A stretch of DNA of 63,797 bases, the filler included, from Octopus bimaculoides (Eukaryota), in assembly GCF_001194135.2 (NCBI RefSeq). It is 11 parts of 11 records of this genome, joined end to end, with 100 filler letters (N's around TTAATTAATTAA, not from the genome) between each part and the next. Parts side by side here need not be neighbours in the genome. Positions count along the whole stretch, not along the records: positions 34,144 to 53,285 come from NC_068985.1; 10 more parts are not named here. One strand, 5' to 3'. The number at the start of each line of letters is the position of its first letter. Within the stretch, counting starts at the first letter, position 1. The position numbers and the translations under genes are program-made. The notes below the pieces were generated by a model, which was not told the origin of the DNA, ran no database searches, and saw only the letters and a program-made list of their open reading frames with translations. Of this stretch, positions 39,201 through 53,285 are shown in pieces.

Positions 39201-41073
39201 GGTGAATAATAGTTTTAACGATATATCAACGTTATAATGGACATTTATCCAGGTGGAAAAAATTCACAACATGGTGGATATTGAGTAGTAAGAGAATCGT
39301 AGAATTTGGACCTATTCATACGAGCCAATGACTATACAAAATTAGATAAAGTTTCTTGTTTAACAACATAATAAGACTAGTGATAGGGTGGAATATTTCA
39401 CAATCATTAGAGAAAATATTCTTCTTAAGAGGTTCGAAGATTTTTGGTTAACATGAGGGTTAAAAAAGATTATCTTTTTAATTACTATTGGTTGTGTACT
39501 AATGGGTGGTGAATTATGAATTTATGAAGCGTGTGCTTGCGAATAGTCAGAATATTGTTAGAAGTATTATATATATTATACTGCTATTTGTTTACTAATT
39601 CAGCATTTTGTATTTGTTATAATCATTATTGATTCTACTTGAAAGCAATCTAACAAATACATGTTAAAAGATTCAAGGATGGGAAAATTTGCATTGATTT
39701 CCATTCGTTGACAAAACATTTTTCAAGCCAACTTTATAAACGATTTATTTCTCATATTTACATTCATGTACGATTTGTACGTTCCACAATTGGAACTGTT
39801 AGAAAATTTGTTTTGATTTCTATTGTGTCTGAGTTTAATTCTTATTTTGGTACTAAAAACTTTTACGAAAATTGAATAACAATCACACGTTTTTTGTAGC
39901 AACAATAACAAGAAAAAAATCAGAGTGGTTAGAAAATAACAAAGCGCCGTATAACTTAATATGCAACGCAAGCAACTCTTGTCTGAAATTTTATGCTTCA
40001 CTTATATTTCTCTGTTCGAGGAATATACTTTTTATAAAGAATTATCAATCCATTGAACAATTAAATTTGTGTTTGTCGGATGTATAACGCGAAGAGCTTA
40101 TGTGAATAATTATAAGAATATTACATTTATTGTAATCCGTCTATAGTATTACAAACTAGCCAACAGCTCTTTAGAGAATATCTCTCTCCTTATTAAAAAA
40201 GGAATTATGAACATTCATTCTATCAACATGACTAAACGGCTTTCTTTTATCGAAATAGTTTGTATATATCTTTTATCTTTTATCTTTGCTTGTTTCAGTC
40301 ATTTAACTGCGGTCGTGCTGGGGGTGCCACCTTGAAGGGTTCAGTCGAATAAATCGACCCCAGCACTTATTTTTTGAAGGTTTACTACATATACCATCCT
40401 TCTCCTATTGCGAAATCGCTACGTTACGGGGTAGCCTATACTTCACATTACTTTCATAATATTTTCTTTTTATATGATTGTTTCATAACATTCCTACAAT
40501 TCAGTTCGTAATCAATATCTCAGTAAAATGACATTTATAACTCTAAGTTCGACATCCGACTGATGTTATTATTTTTTCTGTAATGATTGCAAAACTATTA
40601 TGTTTCTATCACCTGTTAAATATTTAAAAGCTTTATTCCATTGAATATCCCAGTAACTATACAAGTGACGAATCCAAAATTGCACCTCACTCAGACACTT
40701 CCTCTTCCTGTGTTGCATATTCCTGCTTTCCAAAATCTAGATACTATACGTATTTCACAGTCAATTTATTACCACCGGCCTATCAACAAGGACCTAAGTT
40801 CCCACAGTATCACGGTAAGATATACGTAACCGACGGTAGGGGACATGCAAACGGGGCAAATTTATCTCTTTTTTCTCAGACTGAATAAAATGACGCACTA
40901 TATGTGGAGGCGGGGTGTTAGTGTATGTGTATGTGTGTATGTATATATGTGCGTGTGTCCGTGTGTGTGCAGGTAAAAAATTAAGGAGTGCGTGCATTAC
41001 ATAAATAATAGCTTCAGGATTAAATAAAAAGACAACAATCTACATACATATATATATAAATTTATATATATAT

Positions 41074-41126
<53 letters not shown>

Positions 41127-42269
41127 TATGCATATATATAGGTGTACATATATATATAAAATTTATATATGTATAACCTATATATATATAATTTATATGT
41201 GTATATATAAACTATACACACATATAAAGATATATNNNNNNNNNNNNNNNNNNNNNNNNNNNNNNNNNNNNNNNNNNNNNNNNNNNNNNNNNNNNNNNNN
41301 NNNNNNNNNNNNNNNNNNNNNNNNNNNNNNNNNNNNNNNNNNNNNNNNNNNNNNNNNNNNNNNNNNNNNNNNNNNNNNNNNNNNNNNNNNNNNNNNNNNN
41401 NNNNNNNNNNNNATATGTATGTGTATGTGCACACTTATTGAAGTTGATCGCCTCTCCATTGTTCCTCTTCCATAAAAGCTAAAAGAAACGAATGTATCAA
41501 AGGAAATAAGTAAACAAATGACTATGCAAATAGACAATGACGTTATATGTGTGTTTATGCGCGTGTATACACGTGTGTGTATATATGTATGTGTGTGTGC
41601 GGCTTTTGTATGTATAGGAGAGTTATGCGTGCTCATAGGTATTAGTGGGTTGCAACGAGACCTATTCACGACAAATTGTCAGTTTATTGAAATCTACCTT
41701 TGAGTCAGTGGTACAAAACAGAAGCTAACAGCAAACGTTAGCTTTTGTGAAGGACAAGGGGAGATAAGTTCAAGAACTTACGAATAAACGTGCGAAGTAA
41801 GTTACATGCTAGTAGGGGACAAAGTAATGTTTGATTGTTGCAGATAATAGCTCTTGTCACGTGTTTTTGAATAATTGATGACCTCGTCAGTTTAGTTTTA
41901 AAATATCCCACTCACCTTCTAGTCATTTTTAATTAGTTTTTTTTTTGTTTGTTTTACGCACTGGTGAAGCTGTGTGGTTAAGAACCTCACTTTGCAACCA
42001 TGTAATTTCTCGTTCACTTCTACCATATGGCACGTTAGGTAAGACTCTGGGGTTAATTAATGCTTTGTGAATGAATTTGGTTGAAGAAAACTGTGCGGAA
42101 ACCCGGTGTAAATATGTGTGTGCATGTGTGCGTTCTTCGTGTGTGTGCGTGAGTGTGTTTGCCTGTGTGTGTAACTTTGTGTACGTGTGTGTGCGTGTGC
42201 GTGTGTATGTGTGTGTGTGCTTGACTTTCATTTATATGTATATATGCTTGTGTATAAAGTGTAAAGAGC

Positions 42270-42555
42270 CCTTTCAATCATGGATGACTATGGGGTTGCA
42301 CCTAGAAAGTTACCCTCCGAGGCAGTCGCCCATGCATACCGGCCTCCCTTCTCCACGCTACCAGTGTTATCAAAGGGAAAGGCAAAGGCCGATACAGCTT
42401 GGAACCAGTGAAGTCACAGCTCGTTTCTACAAATGAGTGAACTGGAGCAACGTGAAATAAAGTGTCTTGCTCAAGAACACAAGACACTGCCCGGTCCGGG
42501 AATCGAACTCACTCCCTCATGATTGTGAGCCCGACGCTCTAGCCAATGATCCATG
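42270..42555 (-). mobile_element. tRNA-derived SINE (family S3) in S-crystallin intron 4
   Basis: Minus-strand A/B-box head (tggctagagcgtcgggctcacaatcatgagg...gagttcgattcccggacc). Related copies at 27670-27975(+) and 4900-5080(-). Confidence 0.75.
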
Positions 42556-42601
42556 AGATGTAAATATTTATGAATGGTTAAACAAAGAAATAATAACGTA
42601 C

Positions 42602-42748
42602 CATGCAGTCTTCGTTGAAGGAGTAGTTTCCAAATCCTGATGACATGGATGAGTCCATTCCTGATGACATCGACGACATTGATGACATGGAAGATTGCAT
42701 TCCTGAAAACATACCCTGGTTCATCCTGGAAGATGACATGACGCCACC
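42602..42748 (-). CDS. S-crystallin coding exon 4 (long-loop insertion exon)
   Basis: Acceptor tttcttgcag, donor gtacgt. 147 nt, phase 0-0: GGVMSSSRMNQGMFSGMQSSMSSMSSMSSGMDSSMSSGFGNYSFNEDCM. Position matches the variable insertion of long-loop S-crystallins. Confidence 0.88.
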
Positions 42749-43994
42749 CTGCAAGAAAGAAATTGAATTTAATCATTCGGTACCGTTTATAAAATGTAAA
42801 TGGGATAAAACACCTTGGATTCTTCCGATGCTTTTATGTTAGCTTTTAACTGCGAGGCTGTACTGGTAGTATATCACCGATAATATTGGAAGAGTGAGCG
42901 CGATATCGCTTGATAAGTAAGAAACCGCAGCCAAATTTCCCGTAAAGATCTAACCTTTTAAATTAAATATATATGAGATTAAATTTTGGCCTAAAATGAG
43001 AATCCAGAAGCCTTAGACTGGTTTGTGGTGACTTCTACTAAACTGTTGGTTATGGTTTCGGAAGATTCTGGCTCCACTATTAAATACCTAACTTTGCAGA
43101 GAAAGCCTTACAAATCCATAGGTATATATTAAATTTATAAAAATGAATTGAAAATTGAGATATACACATAGCAATTGCCAATTCAAAAATTAAAATTTAT
43201 TAACAAAATACTATATTATATAATATTCTTATAATAATATAACATAATATAATAAATAATAAATATTAAATACAAATTGCCTATAATTGTTTCGATTCTT
43301 ACCCATAACAAAATTATAAAAATCCATTGTTTGTGGGTAAGAATCTCCTCAGTGTAATTTTGTATATATGAGGATTTACAGATCCAAGAGAAAACCGATT
43401 TTAAATCTACTTGTTCTCAAGCGTGAGCGTCAATAGTTCAAAACAGAAAACAAGGATGAAAAATAAACTAATATAACACTCATAAAATATATTTGCATAC
43501 TATTAAATATTTTAATTTAAATATATCTTAGCGCATTAGTTCTTCTTTAAATACCAGGAACAAAATTATAATAAAAATATTTTTAAAAACATATTTTAAA
43601 AAACCATGTTGAAATAAGAAATAGCAAAATAATATATTTAAAATACTATATTATCGCTTGTCAAATAGCAAATAGTATTATAAATTACATTGCATTAATT
43701 ATTTATGATAAACATTACTAAAAATCAAAGTTTAATAATTAAAAATTACGTAGTTTATATGAGAATGCGACTTTCTAAAAAATGATATCATCATAACATT
43801 ATTACCGTAGAAATTAAATCAACACTGAATTAAACCAGTTATCAAAAAAAAAAATTATTAGTCATATGGATTTCATAAATATCCTTTTGATAATTACTCA
43901 TTTACATACTAAGCAGATAATACTAGAATTAAAATTAAAATTAGAGGAAAAATCTCATCGTAATGTTTATATGCCTTAACACTTNNNNNNNNNN

Positions 43995-44027
<33 letters not shown>

Positions 44028-45929
44028 GTATATGTATATATACATGCCTGCATCTCTCAGATCAAATCCCATCGAGATCGACCCTGCCTTTTGCCATTTC
44101 GAGGACGATAATATAAAGCACCAGTCATGTACTCACGTCGATGTATCGCCTAACCCCTTTTCTTTAAAACTGCTGATCTTGTTCTCAAAAAACCCTATAG
44201 GTGATATGCATATAATATTTAAGAATTAACTATAATCGTATTTTCTCAGCTCTCCCAAATGAAATATATACCATATCTTCTGGAAAAGATAGCTAAGTTA
44301 AAAATGTGTTCTGTTAATGAATATTTATCTCTCACTCAATGTTGAAATTTTTAACAGCTGAAAACAACCAGTGTTTGTAAAACTCTTAGAGTTCCTTACT
44401 ATTTTATGAGACATTTTACTTGTTTCAGCCAGAGGGGGCGATCATGCTGTAGCACCGCCATTATATGTGAAAATAAATAAATAAGGTTTTTAATGTCACA
44501 TTCTTATAACGGTTGATGTTTCATATCACACTTTCAGCATTGTCATATCATCTTATTTAAAACATAAAATTCTCTATCTCTCAGACCCGTTCCAACTAGG
44601 TTAGCTCTAAATAAACACCTTCTGTTCATACAGCTTAAAAACTAATCGGGGGAATAAGGATTGTTGTGCATTATTCTGTCTTTTTCATGGCTAAGTAACC
44701 AATGAGCTTATTCCCAGTTTTAAGATTATTATCAAAAGGGATAAAAGCAGTGTTATTCAAGAAAATATTGATCTTACTGACAGATGTATAGAAGAAAATC
44801 TAGATGTGACTTCAGCTGACATGAGTAATATTAGTAAGCGCTTGTTTAAATATACATAGATTGAGAGGGATTTATTTTCTGATGCAATAAGTACATAGGG
44901 AAGATAAATGAAATAAGAGTTAGCGAGAATTTTTAAGGGCCCTCTTCACGTTTTATGATGGCATAAAGGGATTGAATTGCCCAGAAAGGTTATAATTTTT
45001 AGTATACAACATCAAAGACGGATTCAAACATAAATTTTCACTTTAGATTTAAAACAAAGTGAGAGTGAGAGAGAGAGGGGGGGATGAAGAGAGGGAGAGA
45101 GAGAATGAAGAGAGGGAGAGAGAGAATGAAGAGAGGGAGAGAGAGAATGAAGAGAGGGAGAGAGAGAGAGAGGGGAGAGAGGGAGAGATAGAATGAGAGA
45201 GAAAGTGAAGGAGAGAGAGGGAGAGATTAACCAATGATTAATGGTTTAATAAAGTTGGAGATGGAGTGTGTATGTATATGAGGGCACATGGCCTACTGAT
45301 AAGGGTGTTGCACACACGATCGCTAGATTGGTGTTTCAGTTCCTGGATTGGGTGGTACGTTGTGTTCTTGAGCAAAACTCATGTCACGTAGCTATTCGAA
45401 ACTTGATCTGTGGTACGCCGTGCGTCTGTTCAGGTAACATTGATTTGACGGAGAGAAGGAGTAAATATACAGCACATATATTCGAACACAAATCATTTCT
45501 GCAGGTTGTTCAACAAGCAATTGCAAAATATGGGAACCGGCATTCTCAGACTACGACAGATTCCAGGTCGACATGCATGTATATTCTACAAAAAGTAAAC
45601 ACTACCAGCTCTTCGGGCAGAGAAACTTGCCAACAGAATTGGACTATCATGAAGATAAATTATCTTTTCCCTTTCTAATTATATATTTATTTAGTGTTTT
45701 CATTTTTGAAACCATAAAAATTTGTACTCACCATATTTTCGAACTTCTGATGATACATGCTGCGCATGTCAGATATTCTATCGAACTAAAACAAAAAAAA
45801 ATATGTCAATTGGAGTGTTTGAATTGCGATATCAGAGTTTTCATACATATGCAATGTAACATCATTAGTTTTAGAATTAAAGACAAATTACGTTAGGGTT
45901 CATAATGTATACATAATACATACATATAC

Positions 45930-45974
<45 letters not shown>

Positions 45975-45999
45975 NNNNNNNNNNNNNNNNNNNNNNNNN

Positions 46000-46102
<103 letters not shown>

Positions 46103-46181
46103 GCGTGTGTGAATGCGTGTGTGTATGTGTGCGCACGCGCGTGTGTGTACGTGTGTGTGAGAGTGCGTGTGTAACACTTAC

Positions 46182-46297
46182 CATCATTCTACCATGGGAG
46201 TCTTGGTACATTCTCATATAATCTTCCATAATTTCATAGAAACAGTCCATGATGTAATCAACTCTGGCCATGTCAATGTTATTTTTTCCATGGAAAC
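46182..46297 (-). CDS. S-crystallin coding exon 3
   Basis: Acceptor atttaag, donor gtaagt. 116 nt, phase 1-0: (G)[38 protein letters not shown]. Confidence 0.96.
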
Positions 46298-46764
46298 CTT
46301 AAATAACAAATAACCGTTGATTTAGAACGAATGAAATTTTGGGGAAGTAAGTAACATAGTGAGATACATACACATACATTTACATACAAACGCATATAGG
46401 CGCACGCAGACATCTGCATATATAGATATGAAAAGCTTAGAAACATGCAAGTGCTTACAACTGATGCCCTTACACAAACATATACGAGTATGTAATACGC
46501 TTGTGTATTTGTTTTGCTTATACACGTATATGTTTGTATAATACATGTGCGTGTGTATCTATATAGCTGTAAGATTTTGTCCCTTCTCCACTTGCTAGAT
46601 GCCCATTAAATTTGAGATCTTAATTGTTGATATGACATGGTATGTCATAAGTGTCTGTACATTGTCTTTTTTGTCATTTTGGTAATAAAGTAAACAGATT
46701 AGTCAACGGAATATAGTGTCTGCAAGTTGATGAGTACCTCATATTCCCCTCTATTTTCTTATTG

Positions 46765-46810
<46 letters not shown>

Positions 46811-47770
46811 GGTGTCCCAAAAGTTATTGATGCGTTTCAATTNNNNNNNNNNNNNNNNNNNNNNNNNNNNNNNNNNNNNNNNNNNNNNNNNNNNNNNNNN
46901 NNNNNNNNNNNNNNNNNNNNNNNNNNNNNNNNNNNNNNNNNNNNNNNNNNNNNNNNNNNNNNNNNNNNNNNNNNNNNNNNNNNNNNNNNNNNNNNNNNNN
47001 NNNNNNNNNNNNNNNNNNNNNNNNNNNNNNNNNNNNNNNNNNNNNNNNNNNNNNNNNNNNNNNNNNNNNNNNNNNNNNNNNNNNNNNNNNNNNNNNNNNN
47101 NNNNNNNNNNNNNNNNNNNNNNNNNNNNNNNNNNNNNNNNNNNNNNNNNNNNNNNNNNNNNNNNNNNNNNNNNNNNNNNNNNNNNNNNNNNNNNNNNNNN
47201 NNNNNNNNNNNNNNNNNNNNNNNNNNNNNNNNNNNNNNNNNNNNNNNNNNNNNNNNNNNNNNNNNNNNNNNNNNNNNNNNNNNNNNNNNNNNNNNNNNNN
47301 NNNNNNNNNNNNNNNNNNNNNNNNNNNNNNNNNNNNNNNNNNNNNNNNNNNNNNNNNNNNNNNNNNNNNNNNNNNNNNNNNNNNNNNNNNNNNNNNNNNN
47401 NNNNNNNNNNNNNNNNNNNNNNNNNNNNNNNNNNNNNNNNNNNNNNNNNNNNNNNNNNNNNNNNNNNNNNNNNNNNNNNNNNNNNNNNNNNNNNNNNNNN
47501 NNNNNNNNNNNNNNNNNNNNNNNNNNNNNNNNNNNNNNNNNNNNNNNNNNNNNNNNNNNNNNNNNNNNNNNNNNNNNNNNNNNNNNNNNNNNNNNNNNNN
47601 NNNNNNNNNNNNNNNNNNNNNNNNNNNNNNNNNNNNNNNNNNNNNNNNNNNNNNNNNNNNNNNNNNNNNNNNNNNNNNNNNNNNNNNNNNNNNNNNNNNN
47701 NNNNNNNNNNNNNNNNNNNNNNNNNNNNNNNNNNNNNNNNNNNNNNNNNNNNNNNNNNNNNNNNNNNNNN

Positions 47771-47811
<41 letters not shown>

Positions 47812-48740
47812 TTATATATATGTACATATACACACACATGTATGAATGTATGTATTTATACTATGTGTGAATTTATATATGTATATGTGTATATCTTATG
47901 ATTTTGCTTAGGAGTGGCAGTATGCTAATGTCTTTTATACTTTAGAGTAAACAATCGTATGAATAAACCACAGAAGATCTTTCTTTTGTTGTATCATTAT
48001 ATATTTATGACGTGTGTATATGTGTGTGTCTTTACCTGTGTCATGAGTGCTATTGTTAACAAGTAATACAATGCAAGTTCCTACATGATCAATTCGAATA
48101 AGCCGACACACTAACGATGCAAGGAAGTTGCCTGAGACCTAACAGAACAAAGACAAGACGTCACGAAAAGGTGGATGCAGCCAGTGTTAATGATTATTGT
48201 AGCAACAGAGTGTGATACGATAGAAATATTCGAGATGGTGAACAAGCAAGGGCACTTTATGATCACTTTGGCTGTAATAAAACGTCCGGTTGTGTCTGTC
48301 AAATAGGGTTCCTTAGTCGTAGTGACGTTACTTATCTTCACCCTTTCGATAACTTATGGGTAATCACTGGAAGACTATATCTGCTGAGATTACAAGCAGT
48401 GGTAACCAGAATTCAAGTAGCTTCCAGCAGGTTGGTTTCCAGGAGACTCTCAAATTGATCAAGGGTGCTGGATAGAGTGCCATAAAGAGACTCCACATCG
48501 TCAGCTGTAAAATTTGGTGGGAGGAATGGGCATTACATTGGTGCACAGTAGAATATGAAACCAAAGTGAGGAGCTGCTATAATTCTCAATAATTCTCAAA
48601 CCCAAGCAGGTCTTCCTTAAAGTGGGAGACCTGCTTCATCTTGATAATTAGAGAACAATCACTCTGATACCACATGCAATTAAAGTGATTTTGATCATCA
48701 GCCAAGAACGTTTGAATATAATGAGAAGTATAATTCTTAC

Positions 48741-48836
48741 CGAATTCCCGGGAGAGGTACCTGCAAATAGCCATACTCTGCGGTATCTCATATCTATTGT
48801 CTATTTCCAACATCGGCATCATGTTGCAGGGCATCT
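48741..48836 (-). CDS. S-crystallin coding exon 2
   Basis: Acceptor ttttcag, donor gtaaga. 96 nt, phase 1-1: (K)[31 protein letters not shown](G). Contains the GSH-binding MP and QS motifs. Confidence 0.96.
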
Positions 48837-51425
48837 CTGAAAAAGTAAAAAGATTAATAAGCATTTCGATAAAACTCTACATGATCCTTCAATCATTAAC
48901 TGAAGCATCATCACCACCAATGTCATCACAATTATCATCAGCATCACTAAGACCACCACCATTGTATTGTTAGAAACACATTCATCGCCATCAAAACTGT
49001 ATGCAGTTTGCAAAGTAGATAAATGTTAAGTCGATATTTCCAGATGTGTATGTGTTTAAGCTATATATATCTACTACATATGTGGAAATCTGTGGGTGTG
49101 TTTGTTTGTGGTGTTGTTATCTAACTCCTCCTACATCGTTGTATCGATTTTGATAAAACTTGACACGTGAGTAGAATTCATGCCCGGAAAACTCAAAACA
49201 TACTTAGATTGTTGAAATAATCGATAATAGAGCCCCTGGAATGGATTCTTATATCTAGTGAATATAACTAATATATTATCTTTAAACATCCAAAGGAAAT
49301 AGCCCATTCATGTTCGTAAATTATTTCGTATAAATCAAATTAAGTATGCTTATGTCTTAGTATTTGAACTGTTAGAGTTATTTTCGCAATTTATCCAGTA
49401 CAACGCTTAAACAAGTAAATAGTATTTTCCTAAACAATAGATCCACTTATTTCGGTTAGTGACTTATTCTCGAATATACCAACACTAACCCGCTGAGGAT
49501 AATATCCTCTGCGAACGCACAAAAGCTTTTTTCAGAGTTATCTACTTTGAATTCTTATTATCTTATATCTGATTAGCCTGTTATTACATAACATGCTTCA
49601 TGATTTTAGTATACATACCTTATTAGTATTTCCTCCTAATTTCTATATACTTTAGGAACGCATTAAAGTCCTTTTTGGGGCTACTTTATTTTAATTCTTA
49701 CTATCAGATAATTAATTTCATGTTATTCCATAACTGACTTCACAATTTGGGTATTCATAACCTATTGGGAATTCCTAAAAACAAGACCCTGTGTAATACA
49801 GTTCGGTATTCTCTGTAAATGCACAAAAACCGTTTTAAGGGCTACATACTTTGTATTGTTGTTACTGGATTAAAGCAATACCATAAATTTTGATTCCCTT
49901 CGATTTCTTTTTTCACTTATAACTTTCACTTCTCTCTAATAAAAGTTACAATCTGTAACGTTTGGTCCTCTTCTATTCCTTTAATCTGTGGCATTTTTCA
50001 TTGTTCACATTCTAGGTTTGTTATTTCATATTTCTACATTTTTCTCTCAAGTGTTCTCATAACATTTCTCATTTCTCTATGGAATATTAGATGTGTGTGT
50101 GTGGATAAAGAGATGGATAAATTATACATAATACATACACTTGGGGAGTTTGCGTGTCTGTATTTGTGCGAAATGGGAAGACTATAGGAGAAAAGTTATA
50201 GAATTTCTCTGACGAATGGACTTCAATAACGCCAAGCTTTCATAAGGAAATATGCTGGCAATAATCAGCCATGCGTGAATAAGTTAAAAGCCGACAAGTT
50301 TCTACTTTCTGACGCAGTTTTAATACACATAACATCAGGGAAGGAGAAATCGATTACATTTGATACTTATTTTATCGACCTCAACGGTATCTGAACTCAG
50401 AGCGTAAAAACAGACGAACTGCAACCAAGCGTTTTGCCTGGCGTGCTAATGATCCTACCAGCTCGCTGCTTTAGCATACATATATATTGGTATCAAATTT
50501 TGACACAAAAGCAGTAATTTCTGGGAAGAGAATAAGTCGATTACATCGACCCCAAATTTCAATCTCAACTGGTATTTTTTCCATCGACCTTTAAACGATA
50601 AAGGTAAAGTAAACGTCGGCGGTATTTGAGCTCATAGCGCAAAGAGCAGGGAAAAATGCCGCTAAGCATTTTGTCCATCGCGCGAACGGTGTTACAGCTC
50701 ACCATCTTACTACTACTACTACTACTACTTCCTAATTTTGTACCAGGCCAGCAATTCTGAGGGGTGGAGAAATCGATTACATCGACGCCGTGCGCAACTG
50801 GTACTTATTTTATCGACACCGAACGGAAAAAAGCATAGACGACCGAGGCAGAACACTGTAAAGACGAACGAAATGCCGCTAAACATTTCTGCCAGCTGAT
50901 AATGATAATGATAATAATAATAATGTTTTTAATTTGCCGCAATGGCCCTACATTTTAGCAACAGTTCAATGGCGAGTTACGAAAGAAATGAATAAGCAAG
51001 AAACATGGAGAGGGTTTATACTAAGTACAACTGTTTAGTAGAACAAAACAATAAATACATTAATAAACAGAAATAATAGTACACATCAACAAAACAGCAA
51101 TAATGGATTATTAAAATGGAGTACCAACCACATAGCATCATTAGGGGCCCTAACGCAAACATTTTGGTTACTCTGACACGTCAATGTCCAAATATCTTAC
51201 TGCCAGCTTACAACCATATATTTTGTAAACTCATTTAGCCGTGCCCGTTCCGCTATGGAACCATTTTGAAAATAAATTTACTGGAAGGCAGTACACTTTC
51301 TACTCTTATCTTACTTTTCAAGTGATATTTGAATCTGAGCAATGCTTGACATGAAGAGAAAACTTCTACCTTGAAAATGTTCAACCGTGTCCACTGTACA
51401 AGTTTTTCCACCATAACTTCTAAAC

Positions 51426-51776
51426 AAGGGGTTCTCGATCATGTTTTATTTATGGACCCCTTTGATTATTATTTTTATTCTGGTGGACCCCCATAGTCAT
51501 TCGCTGTTTAAAAACTAGTTCCTTACAAACTTCTTTCAAAATTTCGTTTTTTTTTTTTCTCACCTTAAGTTGTGTAGTTTGAACTATGTAAAACGTTAGA
51601 AAAAGAAACCTAATTGTTTCTTGCAATACATATTAATACATACATCTAAAACAAATTATTTTCAGAGGCCCTTAAAATGCTATTGTGGATCCTCAGTTTA
51701 CTATTTTGTTGCGTGAATTCCCCAAAATCTTATATAGACCCTCAAGGACCATATGGACTCCGGCTGAGAACTACTG
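51426..51776. mobile_element. hAT (Charlie-like) MITE in S-crystallin intron 1
   Basis: Termini aaggggttctcga / ctgagaactactg. 8-bp TSD ttctaaac (51418-51425) / ctctaaac (51777-51784). Confidence 0.65.
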
Positions 51777-52700
51777 CTCTAAACAAAAATGTCTATTCCG
51801 TTTTCTCTACGCAAGGAATTAGACGCACATTAGCAAAAGTAATTGTTTCTAAAACGCGTAAAAGCTATAAATGTTTGGAATACGTATAGAATCAGTTTAA
51901 TGGTATTCAATATAAGGTTGGTACTTATTTTTATATATCTATTAGTCAAGAGAAAACTTTGTGCCTATGGCCTTATCAAGAACTCCGAGACTGATGGGAG
52001 AAAGTTAGAAAGGTATGATATCCTCAAACTGGAACTTGGCCCTGTTCCTTGCAACAGAGTGAAATCTGCTAATGGCAGACTTGGTGATAGTGTTAGAACG
52101 GACATTAGAAAAGTCATCGGCCAGCGTGCCTAGGTATACCCACAACCAGGACAGGTAAACTAAAACCGGCTTAGTGAATCTTCTAGCAATGAACTCTGGC
52201 GGACATTTCAACATCTTATGTAGTCACTGGGACGCTGTTATTGGATATGGTTTGCCTGGGGCATTTTAAACAGGTGACAGATATAAGTCTACCATTTATG
52301 TAGGAGCTATGAGTGGGAATTTCAACTTAGAACGGAAAGAAACGGAACAAATACCACAAGGCATCTGGACCGGTTCATGCAGTTTAGCTAATACATTGCC
52401 CGGAATGGTAGGAAATTTTTATCGAACAAAGAGTAGAAAGTAGAAGTTTATCTCAGTTGGGGTTGAACTCAAAGTGTAGGGAGTAGTATCCAAAAAATTG
52501 AGAAGAAGAAGAAGAAGAAGAAGAAGAAGAAGAAGAAGAAGAAGAAGAAGAAGAAGAAGAAGAAGAAGAAGAAGAAGAAGAAGCTGGAGTGGAAGTAGCA
52601 AAAGAATGGAAAAGAAGAATGTAAAGAATACGAGACGGTGTAGAGATTATGTAGAGGAATTAGGAACAAGAATAAATAGTGAATGAAAGATCCAATACTA

Positions 52701-52853
<153 letters not shown>

Positions 52854-52958
52854 TTAAAGGTCCGTTGAAAATAATTTGAGACCGTAGAGCAAACAGTAGC
52901 GAAAATTTAAGTCGAAGAGAAACAAATTTGGGAACTGTTTCTCAGAATCTTGGATTTG

Positions 52959-53018
52959 ATATATATACAGATACAGGAGTCGGCCAATGTGTGTGACTCA
53001 TATTAAATTAGCTCATGC
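52959..53018 (-). promoter_or_regulatory. Putative S-crystallin proximal promoter (TATA-like, CCAAT, AP-1)
   Basis: TATA-like GTATATATAT (52959-52968, minus), CCAAT (52984-52988), perfect AP-1 TGACTCA (52994-53000) and imperfect AP-1/ARE-like TAGCTCATGC (53009-53018). All lie 124-183 nt upstream of the ATG. Confidence 0.65.
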
Positions 53019-53206
53019 AATTCTCGGCTTGTGTGTATAAATGTGTATGTTTGTGTTTATGTGTGTATGTGTGTATGTGTGTGTGTCTGTGTCGGGGGTG
53101 CGTGTGTCTGTGTGTGTGTCAGGGGGTACGTTTCAATGAATGACACTGAGAGTGTGGAAGCACGTGTATGAATGAATACGTGCAAGATTGTCAGTATTTA
53201 TGCGTG

Positions 53207-53285
<79 letters not shown>

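Noticed and set aside
41701-41707. Additional AP-1 heptamers (41701 TGAGTCA; ~9287)
   Set aside because: Isolated 7-mers are expected by chance in 64 kb and have no supporting context.
42645-42842. Plus-strand acidic ORF MDESIPDDIDDIDDMEDC...
   Set aside because: Antisense shadow of the S-crystallin loop exon.
45268-45678. 136-aa plus-strand ORF in S-crystallin intron 3
   Set aside because: Overlaps a degenerate SINE and has no recognisable domain.
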